From the NCBI GenBank assembly GCA_965218585.1, contig CBDCLE010000001.1, positions 1 through 64,000 of the forward strand: a stretch of DNA of 64,000 bases. The letters are read 5' to 3'. The notes below the pieces were generated by a model. The model worked only from the letters and a program-made list of their open reading frames with translations, searched no databases and had not been told where the DNA came from. The translations under genes were made by a program, and so were the position numbers. How positions within the stretch are numbered: position 1 is the first letter of the stretch; each line of letters begins with the position of its first letter. Shown here piece after piece: positions 29,598 to 42,100 of this stretch. This DNA is from Terriglobia bacterium. Lineage in GTDB: Bacteria; Acidobacteriota; Terriglobia; 20CM-2-55-15.

Positions 29598-30674
29598 CTA
29601 CTGCCTGGACAATCGTTGTTCGATGTCTGCCTTCATCCGTTCGACGGCTTCGCGCTGGGGGCTCTCCGGATATTCGATCAGGTAGGTGGAGAGATGATCC
29701 AGGGCCGCCGTAAAGTTGCGCTGGGCCACGTAAAGGTCGGAAAGCATGAGCCGTGCACCGTGCAGTTCTTCATCCAGCACCAGCGCCCGGTCAAACCGCG
29801 TTATAGCAAGAGCGTTCGAGCCCGTCCGGTAGAGCGCAATCCCCAGATAGTACTGTCCGGACGCAGACAAGCTGTTTCTTTGGACGGCGTCTTCGAGGTG
29901 CCCGAGCGCTATTTCGAGATTTGCCCGGGCCAGGTCCAGCTGGTCTCGGTCAAGTGCGAGATCACCGTCCTGGAGGTAAACGGTACCCAGACTGATCAAC
30001 GGGTCGGCATCGTTCGGGTTGAGATCCCCGGCGATTTCAAATCGCTTGATCGCGTCGTCCCTGCGATCGAGTCGCAAATACTCCACTCCCAGGGCGTACT
30101 GCGCCTCGTAGTAATCGGGCGCTATTTCTACCGCTTCCTCCAGATGCTCGGCCGCTCCTTCGTAGTCTCCGTTCTGCGAATCCTCGGCAGCTTTCTCGAA
30201 AGCCTCGACCGCTTCGAGGGAAATGTTTCTGGACAATTCCGAAAGATCGATGGGAGTGGAATCACCCACTTCTTCGGCTTCTGGAATCCCCGGCCGCAGA
30301 ATTACGACGATTGGCATCCTCCCTGTCGGACCGGTCTGTCCTAAAGATAGCCGCTGCCTGAGGGGCTGCCATCCCGGCTCATTCACAATGACATAGTGGA
30401 AGGAACTGGCCCGGATGTCGCTGAAGACAAAATTCCCGGCACCATCTGTGAATGCCATGTCATATATCTGACCGCCGGATCCTACAAGCCGGACTTCGAT
30501 CGGATGCTCAATACGACCCCCATCTGAGATGACCTGCCCCTGGATTGACGGTGTTCTCGGGGATGGACCGCCACCGCCCCGGCCCCCGGAAGTGCGCCCC
30601 TGTTGGGCGAGCAGCGCGGAAGGTGTTGCCAGCACGAGGGACAGAACCAACGTAAGTTGCAGCCCGCGTTTCAT
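29598..30674 (-). CDS. Secreted carboxypeptidase-like + TPR protein
   Basis: MKRGLQ signal peptide and TPR repeats; tandem paralog of the downstream gene. Confidence 0.8.
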   Translation of the reverse strand: MKRGLQLTLVLSLVLATPSALLAQQGRTSGGRGGGGPSPRTPSIQGQVISDGGRIEHPIEVRLVGSGGQIYDMAFTDGAGNFVFSDIRASSFHYVIVNEPGWQPLRQRLSLGQTGPTGRMPIVVILRPGIPEAEEVGDSTPIDLSELSRNISLEAVEAFEKAAEDSQNGDYEGAAEHLEEAVEIAPDYYEAQYALGVEYLRLDRRDDAIKRFEIAGDLNPNDADPLISLGTVYLQDGDLALDRDQLDLARANLEIALGHLEDAVQRNSLSASGQYYLGIALYRTGSNALAITRFDRALVLDEELHGARLMLSDLYVAQRNFTAALDHLSTYLIEYPESPQREAVERMKADIEQRLSRQ

Positions 30675-30797
30675 ACAGAACTCCAAAACGAAAACGTTCC
30701 TGATTATTTTACCCCACAGACTGGAGTGATTCATCGATGATCCGCAAAACCGCGTGGTACCATCGGCCCGTTTTTCCCACAGGCCGCCACGGACCTG

Positions 30798-32159
30798 ATG
30801 AAAATGGACAGTGTTCAAAAGATGAATATCTCCGACCTGATCGACAACAGTCAGGTCGGCCGCTTCCAGGTTGGCGTCTTTGTTCTCTGCGCCCTCGGTC
30901 TGATAATGGCCGGCTTCGATCTGCAGTCGATGGGCTACGTCGCGCCGGTTCTTATTCCCGAGTTGGGTATCGAGACCGGGCAGATGGGTGCGATCTTGGG
31001 TTCGGCCAATTTTGGCGTTCTCGTCGGTTCTCTTCTTTTCACGATGCTGGGGGCCGGTTCGGTCGTCGTCCAATACTTATTCTATCCGCGCTCATCTTTG
31101 CTCTGTTCACGATCCTCACGGCTGGGGCTACGTCCGTCGAGCAGTTGCTGTTGCTCCGTTTCCTCGCCGGTATCGGCATCGGATCGACGATTCCGAACGC
31201 GACCGCACTGATCGGCGAGTACAGTCCTACCAAACACCGAATCACTTTGATCATGTGTATCACTGTCGGATTCACGGTGGGCGCCGTCATCGGGGGCTTC
31301 GTATCTGCCGCGCTGATACCCGCTTTCGGTTGGCGGGCTGTTTTTTACGTGGGCGGCATTGTACCCCTGCTGATTGCTCTGGCGATGTTTTTCTGGCTGC
31401 CCGAGTCGGTGCCGTTCCTGGCCATGAGAGGCAACCGCTCGGAACAGGTCTCTCGATCGATCAAACGTATAGACCCGACGGTGACCGCAAACCCGGATAC
31501 GCATTACATCGTTGCCGAAGAGAAGAGAGGCGGCGTTCCCTTGCGCCATCTCTTCACCGGAGGCCGGGGAAACGGTGACTCTCATGTTATGGGTCGTCAA
31601 CTTCATGAACCTTCTGAATCTGTTTTTCCTTGCCGGGTGGTTACCCACGGTGCTCAGCGACGCCGGACATTCGACGCAGACGGCGGTTCTCGTTGGAACA
31701 ATATTGCAGGGAGGCGGTGTGGCGGGGCCGTTCGTCCTTGCGTGGTTGATCGCCAGATACGATTTCACGCCGGTTCTCACGGTGACATTTGCGATCGCGA
31801 CGGTCAGCATAGCGTTGATCGGAACTCAGTCCGTCTTGCTTGCGGTTCCTCTTCTGACAACGATCGTGTTCATCGCCGGATGGTGCGTTGTTGGAGGCCA
31901 GCCCGGACTGAACGCGATGGCTGCCACGTATTATCCGACGTACATGCGCTCGACCGGTGTCGGCTGGTGTCTGGGAATTGGCCGGATCGGTGCGATCGTC
32001 GGCCCCGTCATGGGAGGGCAGTTGATGGCCAGGCAGTGGTCGAGTGAGCAGCTCTTTTATGCAGCCGCCGTCGCCGCTCTGATTTCAGCGCTTGTGATGT
32101 TTTCGCTCGGTTGGTTCTTTCGGCCCCAACAGACCACAGAACCCTCGGAAGTCATCTAG
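30798..32159 (+). pseudogene. Aromatic acid:H+ symporter (PcaK/BenK-like MFS) with two 1-bp frameshifts
   Basis: GFDLQSMGYVAP, RFGRR, LPES and YYPT.MRSTGVGW.LGIGRIG; breaks near 31050 and 31570. Confidence 0.82.
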
Positions 32160-33895
32160 CCCGCATATTTCACCGATAGGACCAGAAAAGGCCGCCCTGT
32201 CTGGCATAAAGCGTTTTGAAATAAACGTTTAACAAGCCAAACGGAGACGGCCCTTATGAGAACAGAGTGTAACCAAACGACGTTCGAATTTCACGGACTT
32301 CTTCAACGAAAAGTGAAGGCGCGTTTTGACGGCGGAAAGATCACCTCCGACGCTGGGGTTCTGCTGTTGAGGGAAGTGGAAAAGCGAACGGGTCTGATCG
32401 CCGGACTGGCCGAGTGTTTCAGGGATTACCGGGACGCGAGGTTGATCGAACACACGGTGAGCGAGTTATTGGGGCAGCGCGTCTACGGACTCTGTCTGGG
32501 CTACGAGGATCTGAACGATCATGACCAACTGCGGACCGATCCGATGCTGGCCGTGGCGGTGGATAAGGCCGATCCACTGGGGAGAAGCGGCGGCAGGCCC
32601 GAGACCGGGGAAAAGCGTTGGCGGGCAAGTGTACGCTGAACCGGTTGGAACTGACCGGGGAGCAAGTCGATGGGAAGGAGCGGTACAAGAAGATTGCCAT
32701 GGACCCGGACAAGATCGACCGCTGGATGGTGGATGCATTTGTGGCGGCTCACGGATCGGCGCCCGAGGAGATTGTTCTGGACCTGGATGCGACCGATGAT
32801 CCGATCCATGGCCATCAGGAAGGACGGTTCTTTCACGGCTACTACGGCAACTACTGTTATCTGCCGCTCTACATCTTTTCGGGAGAGCATCTGCTATGCG
32901 CCCGGTTGCGGTGCTCCAATGTCGACGGTGCGGACGGCGCCGTCGAGGAATTGAACCGCATCATCGGCCAGATCCGGCAGAGCTGGCCGGAGGTGTCGAT
33001 TATCATCCGGGCCGACTCGGGCTTTTGCCGGGATGAATTGCTGAGTTGGTGCGAGGCCCACCAGGTCGATTACGTGGTGGGTCTGGCCAAGAACGATCGG
33101 CTCAAGCGCGAGATCGCTGAATCGATGAGTCAGGCCGAAGCCGAGTTTAACGACACCGGGAAACCGGCGCGGGTGTTTAACGATTTCCGGTATCGCACTC
33201 GGAAGAGCTGGACCTGCACCCGACGCGTCATCGGCAAGGCCGAGTTCCTGGAGAAAGGCGCCAATCCTCGATTCGTTGTGACCTCACTGTCGCCGGAACG
33301 CCTGGACGCCCGCGCCCTCTATGAAGACTTTTACTGTGCGCGGGGCGACATGGAAAATCGCATCAAGGAACAGCAGTTGGATCTATTCGCCGACCGGACC
33401 AGCGCGGCAACCATGCGCGCCAATCAACTCCGGCTCTATCTGTCCTCGGCCGCCTACATGCTCCTGCACGCGTTACGCCGTCTGGGACTGAAGAATACCG
33501 ATCTGGCCCGCGCTCAGTGCCAGACGATCCGCTTGAAGCTCCTCAAGATCGGAGCTCAAGTCCGTCTGACGGTTCGCAACATCTGGATCTCCATGTCGGA
33601 AGCCTATCCCTACGCCGAGGTCTTTGCCCTCGTCCATCGAAACCTGCAGGCGCTTCCTCTGCGCTGCTGAGAACCGACCCGATCCCCTGCGCCAAAATCG
33701 ACTCGCTCTTTTCGGCTCCGCCGAGGTTTGTCTCAGTGCGTTTCGTCACCCTCTTCTGAACCCGAAAACGCAGCAACTCCCGCTTGTCGACACCGCCGAG
33801 TCACGCCACACATGCCCAATTCGAACCCAGATCCTCCCGAATCCGATTCTTACTGCCCAAATCCCCCTGATCGCCGGACTGGTGAAACATGCGGG
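32160..33895 (+). mobile_element. IS1380-family insertion sequence
   Basis: Terminal inverted repeats CCCGCATATTTCACC / GGTGAAACATGCGGG (14 of 15 match); CTAG duplicated at 32156-32159 and 33896-33899. Confidence 0.9.
32256..33670 (+). CDS. IS1380 transposase (frameshift near 32580, a G missing in a G-run)
   Basis: FDGGKITSDAG, GYEDLNDHD, LDLDATDD, RADSGF, YCARGDMENRIKE and ANQLRL. Confidence 0.88.
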
Positions 33896-33919
33896 CTAGA
33901 ATCGAACGATATTGAGACG

Positions 33920-34480
33920 GTGGCCCGCCTGGGCGACACCCTGGGCTACGCTCGCGTCTCGACCCACGACCAGAATCCCGACGCCCAGCGCGACCGGCTC
34001 ATTGAGGCGGGCGCCATTCGCGTCTTCACCGACATCGTCTCGGGTCAGCGCTTCGACCGCCCGGCCCTCGCCGAGCTCATCGATCACGCCCGACCCGGTG
34101 ACCGCCTCTGCATCATTCGCCTCGACCGACTCGGACGCTCACTCAGGGAACTGCTCGAAATCGTCGACGATCTCAAGACCCGGGGCATCCACCTGGTCAG
34201 CCTCGAGGAGCGTCTCGACACCTCCTCCGCGGCCGGTGAACTCGTGTTCCACGTCTTCGGCTCCATCGCGCACTTCGAACGCCGGCTCATCTCCGAGCGC
34301 ACCCGCGACGGCATCGCCGCGGCCAGGAAACGCGGGCGAACACCAGGTCGACCGCCGCTGGACCCGGAGACGGTTTCCGCCGCCCAGAAACTCATCGAGG
34401 CCGGATTGTCTCCCGCTCGAATCGCAAAACAGCTAGGTATTGGCAGGGCAACGTACAGGATTGCAAGGTCGGTGCGTTGA
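33920..34480 (+). CDS. Serine resolvase/invertase
   Basis: GYARVST, RLDRLGRS, ERRLISERTRDG and C-terminal HTH. Confidence 0.9.
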   Translation: MARLGDTLGYARVSTHDQNPDAQRDRLIEAGAIRVFTDIVSGQRFDRPALAELIDHARPGDRLCIIRLDRLGRSLRELLEIVDDLKTRGIHLVSLEERLDTSSAAGELVFHVFGSIAHFERRLISERTRDGIAAARKRGRTPGRPPLDPETVSAAQKLIEAGLSPARIAKQLGIGRATYRIARSVR

Positions 34481-34517
34481 AGTCGAAACCGAGGCTTTTC
34501 GGTCCCTTAGAGTAATT

Positions 34518-35078
34518 CTACGTACAAACCTTGCGATGACCCCATTCGGGAACTTCCTCCAGGTTCGCTAGCAGTTCGGAGAAGTACCGCCCTCCGTGCA
34601 ACCGTTGCTTGTTGTATTCAGTACCGGTTTCCATTAGTAGTCCTGCAATCCGGTTCTTCATCCGCACCGCTTCGGTCACAACCAGATTCCGGTACCGCAA
34701 CATTCGTCTCAGCTCCCGGATCTCAGTCAGGGCGATATAGCATTCCGGCAGTAGATCGCATCGCAGCAGATCGGCGATCTTTCTCGCATCGACCCGATCG
34801 TTCTTTTTCTTGGATGCCGCTATGGCCTTCAGCATCGGTGGATGTGCGACTTTCAACTCCATCGCCCAGGGTTTCAGCGTGTCATAGACCCATCCGGTGA
34901 ACATGGTCGCTTCCATGGCTCCCACCCACGGCTCCCGGCGTTCGACAGCCCAGTCCTCAAGCTTCCGACGGGTTGCTGCAATCACTCCTTCCTCCGTAAT
35001 CTTTCCGTCATTCTGTTTCACACAGTAGCTAATCGTTTTCTTGTGGATATCGAATCCGATATAGTGATTCACGTTCAT
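34518..35078 (-). pseudogene. 3'-truncated IS110-family transposase
   Basis: YIGFDIHK, AMEAT and KKNDRVDA; C-terminal half missing; IS1111-like ATGGACACCC upstream. Confidence 0.82.
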
Positions 35079-35266
35079 TTGCCCTCCCGTTGTGTTTTCT
35101 GAGCGGGTGTCCATTCACCCGTCTCGGCTCTTTTAAACACGTCGGGAGGGTTTCTGTCATCTGAAATGCCCGGCACCTATGCATTCAAACACTGAGTGCG
35201 AAAAACCGGGCTTTCAGCAGCTCGAGATTACTGCCAACTAGACCATACATCAACCTGACATGCTCA

Positions 35267-35448
35267 ATGGAGGCCTGCACCCTCCGGCAAAAGGACCTCG
35301 GCGTCCTGATCGGATCCCAGTCTCATGCCTCGGAGGTGCTCAACCGTTGCTGTCCGCTAACCCTGCCAATGATCCGGCCTTGTCGGCTGAATGGAACCTT
35401 CCGGCCGACATGCTTGTGCGCGAGTATGCCCTCAGAGCCGGGCCATAG
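35267..35448 (+). pseudogene. HigA-like HTH antitoxin fragment
   Basis: LRQKDLGVLIGSQSHASEVLN..LTLPMIR, then frameshifted LSAEWNLPADMLV. Confidence 0.6.
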
Positions 35449-35593
35449 AGGCTTCACCAGTGCCTTTAGGAGTGGGAAGTCAAGCCGTTGATGAACATGG
35501 GATTAATTGCACCATGTTATTTCCTGACCCGGCGCCCAATGTGAGCTGCTTTTCAGCGGCCCTGAAGCACTTACTCTCGCTAAGATCTTACCA

Positions 35594-37190
35594 CTACGAT
35601 TTCAGATCGAAGCGGTCCAGGGTCATCACCTTCGTCCATGCCTCAACGAAGTCATGCACGAACTCTTCCTGCGCGTCGTCCGCGGCATAGAACTCAGCAA
35701 CAGCGCGCAGCTCAGAATTAGAACCAAAGATCAAGTCAACTGGAGTAGCTGTCCACTTGAGCTCGCCGGTGGCGCGATCAGAACCCTCGTAAATGCCCTC
35801 GGTGGATGACTCGGTCCACTGGGTTGACATGTCGATCAGGTTGACAAAGAAGTCGTTGCTCAGTGTGCCAGGACGGTCTGTGAACACGCCGTGAGCCGAG
35901 CCTCCAGCATTGGCATCCATAGCTCGCATGCCGCCGACAAGGGCCGCCATTTCAGGAATTGTCAGGTTCAGCAGAGCCGCCTTCTCCACCAGCATTTCCA
36001 CCGGAGATCGGGGGTTAACGCTCGCAAAGTAGTTGCGGAACCCATCCGCGGTCGGCTCAATCAGAGCAAAGGAGTCCACATCGGTCTGCTCCTCGGAGGC
36101 GTCCATGCGACCAGGTACAAAGGGCACATCCACGTCGACCCCGGCCCTTGCAGCCGCTTGCTCAATGGCTGCAGCACCGCCGAGAACGATCAGGTCGGCA
36201 AGAGAGATTCGCTTGTCGCCTGATTGCGCGCTGTTGAAATCACTCTGGATCTCCTCCAGGGCCTCCAACACGCGGCCCAGTTCAGCCGGATCGTTTGCAA
36301 CCCAATCATTCTGGGGCACGAGACGAATACGGCCGCCGTTGGCGCCACCGCGCATATCGGTCCCGCGGAAAGTGGATGCTGAGGCCCAGGCGGCCCTCAC
36401 TAATTCAGCGGCAGACAAACTGGAGTCAAGAATCTCAGCTTTCAGCTCGGCCGCATCCTGTGCATTGATCACGGTGTGATCAACTTCAGGAATGGGGTCT
36501 TGCCATAGGAATTCCTGGTCAGGCACCAGATCACCGAGGTAACGCGACGCCGGACCCATGTCGCGGTGAGTCAGCTTGAACCAGACCCGGGCGAAAGCGT
36601 CTTCGAACTCTTCCGGGTTCTCGAGCCAGCGCGAAGTGATCTCACGATAGGCCGGGTCCACCTTCAGTGCAAGGTCGGTGGTCAACATCATTGGCGCATG
36701 CCGTTCGGACGGATCGCGGGCATCCGGCACTAAATTCGATGCAGTACCGCCAGCGGGTTCCCACTGGATTGCACCGGCAGGGCTTCGAGTCTGCACCCAC
36801 TCATAGGCGTACAAATTTTCAAGGTAGTTATGGGTCCAGGCTGCGGGGTTGATCGTCCACGCACCTTCCAGGCCACTGGTGATCGTGTCGGCGCCATTGC
36901 CACTGCCGTAGCTGTTTTGCCAGCCCAGTCCTTGTGCTTCGATATTGCCAGCCTCGGGCTCAACACCTACGTACTGGGACGGATCAGCGGCGCCATGGGC
37001 TTTACCGAAGGTATGGCCACCCGCAATCAGCGCAGCCGTCTCTTCATCATTCATCGCCATGCGACCGAAAGCCTCACGTATGGCGTCAGCGGCCGCCTGC
37101 GGATCCGGGTTGCCGCCCGGGCCCTCAGGATTCACGTAAATCAGGCCCATCTGCGTCGCACCGAAAGGAGGATCCAGGGCTCCGTCCTCA
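35594..37190 (-). pseudogene. katG: Catalase-peroxidase, 5'-truncated
   Basis: [44 protein letters not shown] and DRFDL; N-terminus with the RMAWH motif is replaced by IS256 DNA. Confidence 0.9.
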
Positions 37191-37916
37191 TTCCCGCTGC
37201 CCGCTCTCACAGGCCAACAGCACTTTGCGCCCGTCTGACAAGGCTCCGATGATCACCAGCAATGCCGCTCGCTCTTTCGCGATCCCCGCTTTCACGTACA
37301 AGCCGTCTGCCCACTGGTACACGACCTCGAGGCCGGACAGGTCCTGCTGGACCCACTCGTCATACTCCAACTGCCAGGTCGATTTCAGTCGTTGGATCGA
37401 TGCTCGCGACAACGGAGCGCCAGCGCCAAGCAGTCCGCGCATGGCCTGCTCGAAGTCCCCTGTGGCCAGACCGTGGAGGTAGAGATCGGGAAGTAGCTCG
37501 CCCAGCTGTTTCGATTTCCGTCGAAAATACGGCAGGATCTGACTCTCGAACCGCTCGGCGGTGTTTCGAACCCGAGGTCGTCGAACCTCCATCGTACCAT
37601 TCATCATTGCGAAGCGTCGCGGTTTCCCGTGACCGTTCCGGTATCCTCGTCGATTCGGACTCCGCTCCGACTTTTCCCGACCCAGAAATTGAGTGACTTC
37701 GTCCTCGAGCAGCTCCTGTAGCCAGACTTGGACCCGGGATCGCGCCCAGTCCTCCAAACCTTCATACGCGTTCGTTGACGCCACTGATGCCGGTATGTTC
37801 TTCTTCTTCATGGGTGGTGTACCTTTCTCCCGATTGCTGCCGGGATTGCTTACGGTTTCGAATTCACCGAAAGCGTACACCGCCTTCTCTTTTTACACAC
37901 CGATTGGAACGACCTC
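37191..37916 (-). mobile_element. Partial IS256 copy (left end and 5' half of transposase)
   Basis: Near-identical to 50463-51188; ends at the GAGGTCGTTCCAATCGG terminal repeat. Confidence 0.9.
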
Positions 37917-38495
37917 CCGATAGCTGCCGACTATGCGAAGCATTCAGACTAACGACGCATAGGGGCAATCAGGTACCGCCCGCTGAGCGGGCGGTATGAC
38001 GAAGGCCCCCGAGGGGGCCTATAAGGGCATCCTTGCTTCCAGCCTTCTGGCCATCACAATCCACCTGTCGCTTTCGCCCGATGACGTGGACGCCGAGTGA
38101 CACGACCGATGCGATACAATCCGTCGTGGGACTGGCACTGTCATTCGCCAATGACGGTCTCCCTCAATTCGCACGTGGTGGTTCGTTGATGGAGACCGTC
38201 TACCGAACTGCACGACGGGATGGTCGAACCTCTTCGAGTCTCACCGCCAGAGGCGGTGGCTTACCGTTGTGAGTTAAATGTATCGCTTGACGATGGCACA
38301 CGGTCCGCCATGTCTATAGCGGGCCGACAGTCTGGCCGCGGGTGCGGAACGATTGGCATCGACGTGGAGTAGCGACAACCCGATCCATACAACCCGTAGT
38401 GATATCATTAACAAACCATGTGGATTTCTTGACCTTAGCGTCTGTTCGTTCGGGCCGTGGGACAGCATCGCGGGTCGGCTGCAAAGTAAAGGCAA

Positions 38496-39050
38496 ATGGC
38501 GGGAAAGGGCGTGGCATCCAACGGGCGTTTTGGCTTGGCTATCATAAGCCGCCCTGCGCCGCGCCGCGCACGGCCCAGCCGGCTCGCCCTCACCGCCCTG
38601 CTCGCCCTGTCCGGCCTCGCCTCCGCCCAGGTCGGCGTTCCCAGCGACTGGAGTCTCATTCCCTCCGGACTCGGCCCCGGCGACAAGTTCCGCCTGATTT
38701 TCGTCACTTCCACCAGGCGCGCCGGCACCAGCGGCAACATCGACAACTACAACAACTTCGTCCGGACCGCCGTCGGCTCCGGCCACGACGACATCCAGGA
38801 CTACAGCACCCAGTTCACGGTCCTCGCCAGCACGGCGTCCACTGACGCCCGCGACAACACCAGGACCACCTTCACTAGCTCCGACAAGGGCGTGCCCATC
38901 TACTGGCTCAGCGGCAACAAGGTCGCCGACAACTACGAGGACTTCTACGACGGATCGTGGGACGACGAAACGAACGCCAAGGACGAGTCGGGAGCCGACT
39001 GCACGGTCCCCTCGCCCTCCTCGGGGCACTCCCGGTCCGGCGGCCGGTGA
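38496..39050 (+). pseudogene. N-terminal fragment of a secreted surface protein
   Basis: Signal peptide (LASAQ), then LIPSGLGPGDKFRLIFVTS..YNNFV..PIYWL..KVADNY.DFYDGSW; strong codon bias ends abruptly near 38995. Confidence 0.6.
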
Positions 39051-39151
39051 GTGTTTCCGGTTCACCATCGCGGATGCACGCACATTCAAGCGCCGAAACG
39101 TTCAATGAAAAGCCCTGGCTCCGTTACGGGCGGACTCGCCTCGATGACCGG

Positions 39152-42100
39152 ATGTTTCGCCTCGCCACCACTGATTTTCATCGCGCATCCCGGCTTGCAG
39201 CGTCTGCTTTTGCCGCAGTCCTGTTCGTGATGACTGCGGTTCCCGCCGTGCATGCCTCGCCGAATTTTCAAACGATCTTGCGGAAGGCCCCGGCCAGCGA
39301 GCACACCGGCGCCGACACGCTCACTTGGCTGCTCACCTTCACCGAGCCTGTGACGAATGTGGACCCGGCGGACTTTGTGGTGTCTGGCACGACGGCGGCG
39401 CTTGCACTGGAACCACTTGAGTTGGACGAGGAGGGGTGCAGCCAGCAATGGGATGCGACCCTGTCCGGCGGCGACCTCGAAGGCCTGACCGGGACGGTGA
39501 CGCTGACCGTTTCCGGTCAGCAAGGCATCTGGGGCTGCCTCGGCAACGGCGAAGAAATGACGCATCCCGGACCGAATGATACGAACCACAACACGTTCGT
39601 CGTAAACAACGACCCTGAGTCGTGCTCAGGCGGCGGCTATAACCCAACGCCGGCGGCGGTAGAGGTTACGGCAGTTCCCATCGTGGTCACGTCCACGACT
39701 GCGGACTACTTCGTGCTTTATGTCCGGCACGAGTTGGCCGCGGACACCAGCGTCGAGATTCCGGTGTTGGTGAAGCGGGGCGAAGCGGGCACGACCACCC
39801 TTGCCGAGAACGTGGCGGCGGTTCCCAAGGAGCGCTACCGGGTGGAGAAGTACCTCGCCGACGCGCCGGGCATGAACCCGGTGAACCCCGCCGCCCTCGA
39901 GATCAACGACATCGCCGTGGCCGTTCCCGATCGGGCGACGTTCGAGGAGCTCTCCCAGCTATTCCGGGGCGAGTTGCATCTCCAGTTCCTTTTGTTCGGC
40001 ATGAACACCGCACGACCGGGTGTGTACTTCATGAACACTGGGGTATGGCCAAGCCACGAGGGATTCCGGCGGGCCATCAACCTGGAGTGGAGCAAGGGCC
40101 TGGTCATGGAAACGATCATCTATGACCCGGATCTGGTGGCGCCCGATGGCAGTTCGGGGGTCTACCATTTCCAGGATCGGGATGCTCCCTTCGGCCTTGC
40201 GGCGCGTGCCTATACGGTGCTCGCCGCCAGCATGCCGCTGCTCGACGACAGCCTGGCCTTCCACATACCAAAAACATTACGCTCCCGTACTCCCAGACCG
40301 ACTTGCCTGCGTACAGGGAGTCCCGACTCAACCTGGTCTTCGACGAGGACGTTCTCCCCGATACCGACTTTCTGGCCTTGAACACGGGGGAAGGGTACGG
40401 CTTCCTGCGGGTCATGGACCTGGAGGACCGTCCCAACCCCCTCGACGAGACCTCCATCGCCTCTCTCCTCGATGGCTACGTCCACTACGAGGTGACCGAG
40501 AACGGATGGACCCTGCGCGCAGCCACCCGCGCCGAAGTGGACGACCACTACGCGTCTTCCCGGCCCGCCCTGGAGCAGACCCCGCAACGCGACCTCTCGG
40601 TCACCACGATCACTCCCCTCAGTGAGATCGGCTTCGAGGACTGGACCGCGTTCGGCGTCAAGGCGGCCAACGTAGCCGTGCTGGGGACGCTGGGATTTCC
40701 AGCCGGGACCGTGCCCGACGGGTTCGCGATCCCGTTCTATTTCTACGACGAGTTCATGAAGGCCAACGGGTTCGATGACGACATCGAGGAGATGCTGGCC
40801 GACACCGATTTCCAGTCGGACTTCGAAACCCAGGATGACATGCTCGATGATCTGCGCGACGACATCAAGGACGCCGAGACGCCCGAGTGGATCATCGCGG
40901 CGCTGACCGAAATGAACGAGGGGTTTCCCGAGGGGATCAACCGTCGCTACCGGTCCAGCACCAACAACGAGGACCTGCCGGGGTTCAACGGCGCGGGCCT
41001 CTACGGCTCCAAGTCGCAGAGGCCCGATGAAGACGAGGAGGATCTCGCCAAGTCCCTCAAAGAGGTGTACGCCAGCCTGTGGAACTTCCGCGCCTTCATC
41101 GAACGCGACTTCCATCGCATCGACCACACGGCGGCAGCGATGGGGGTGCTGGTGCATCCCAGCTACCAGGACGAATTGGCCAACGGCGTCGCCGTCTCCT
41201 TCGATCCCGTCTCGGGCGGAGAAGGGTCGTACTACGTCAACACGCAGGTCGGCGAGGATCTGGTCACCAATCCGGATGCGCTTTCGGTGCCGGAAGAAAT
41301 TCTGTTGCGTCCGCTTGGAAGATTGGTCGTCCTTGGCACCTCCAACCAACTGCCGCCCGGGGAACTCATCATGAGCGGCGCTCAGATGGCTCAGTTGGGC
41401 GGCAGCCTCACGGTAATCGATGACCACTTCGCAGGGCTGTACAACCCCGCGCCCGGGGAACCGTTCGACATGGAAATCGAGTTCAAGATCACCAGCGAGA
41501 ATATCCTGGCGATCAAGCAGGCCCGCCCCTGGGTCTTCAGCACCGGCGTTGGTGCCGTGGGCGCGGACACAGGAGAAGGCGGCGGTGCCGGGGGCTCCGG
41601 AGGAGGAGGCAGCAGCGGTGGGGGTGGAGGCGGCAGCGGCGGTGGAGGTGGAGGTGGCGGTGGTGGCGGGCCGCGCCAAACGGTGCCGGACGCGCCCACA
41701 CACCTAATAGCGGAGGCCGCAGATGCGGCGGTAACGCTGACCTGGGACGCGCCGGAGGACGATGGCGGGTCCGCGATCACCGATTACGAGTACCGGATCG
41801 ACGGGAAGGGACGCTGGATATCGATTGGCTCCACCGACACCACCCATACGGTCACCGGGCTCGACAACGATACGATCTACACCTTCCAGGTACGGGCGGT
41901 GAACCGCATCGGCAGGAGCCAGCCTTCTTCGGACCCGGTGGAGGCGACGCCGAGGATGCCGGTGGCTCTGGACTTTACGCATTTCACCAATGGCGGCCTG
42001 ATCACGTCCGATCTGGTGCTGGTGAATGCGGGTGCCGCGCCGATCCGTCCCGTCCTCTACTTCTACGACCCGGAAGGCCATCTCATGGATCCCGAAGCGG

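Noticed and set aside
41575-41670. GGC/GGT microsatellite
   Set aside because: Simply encodes a Gly/Ser linker in the surface protein.
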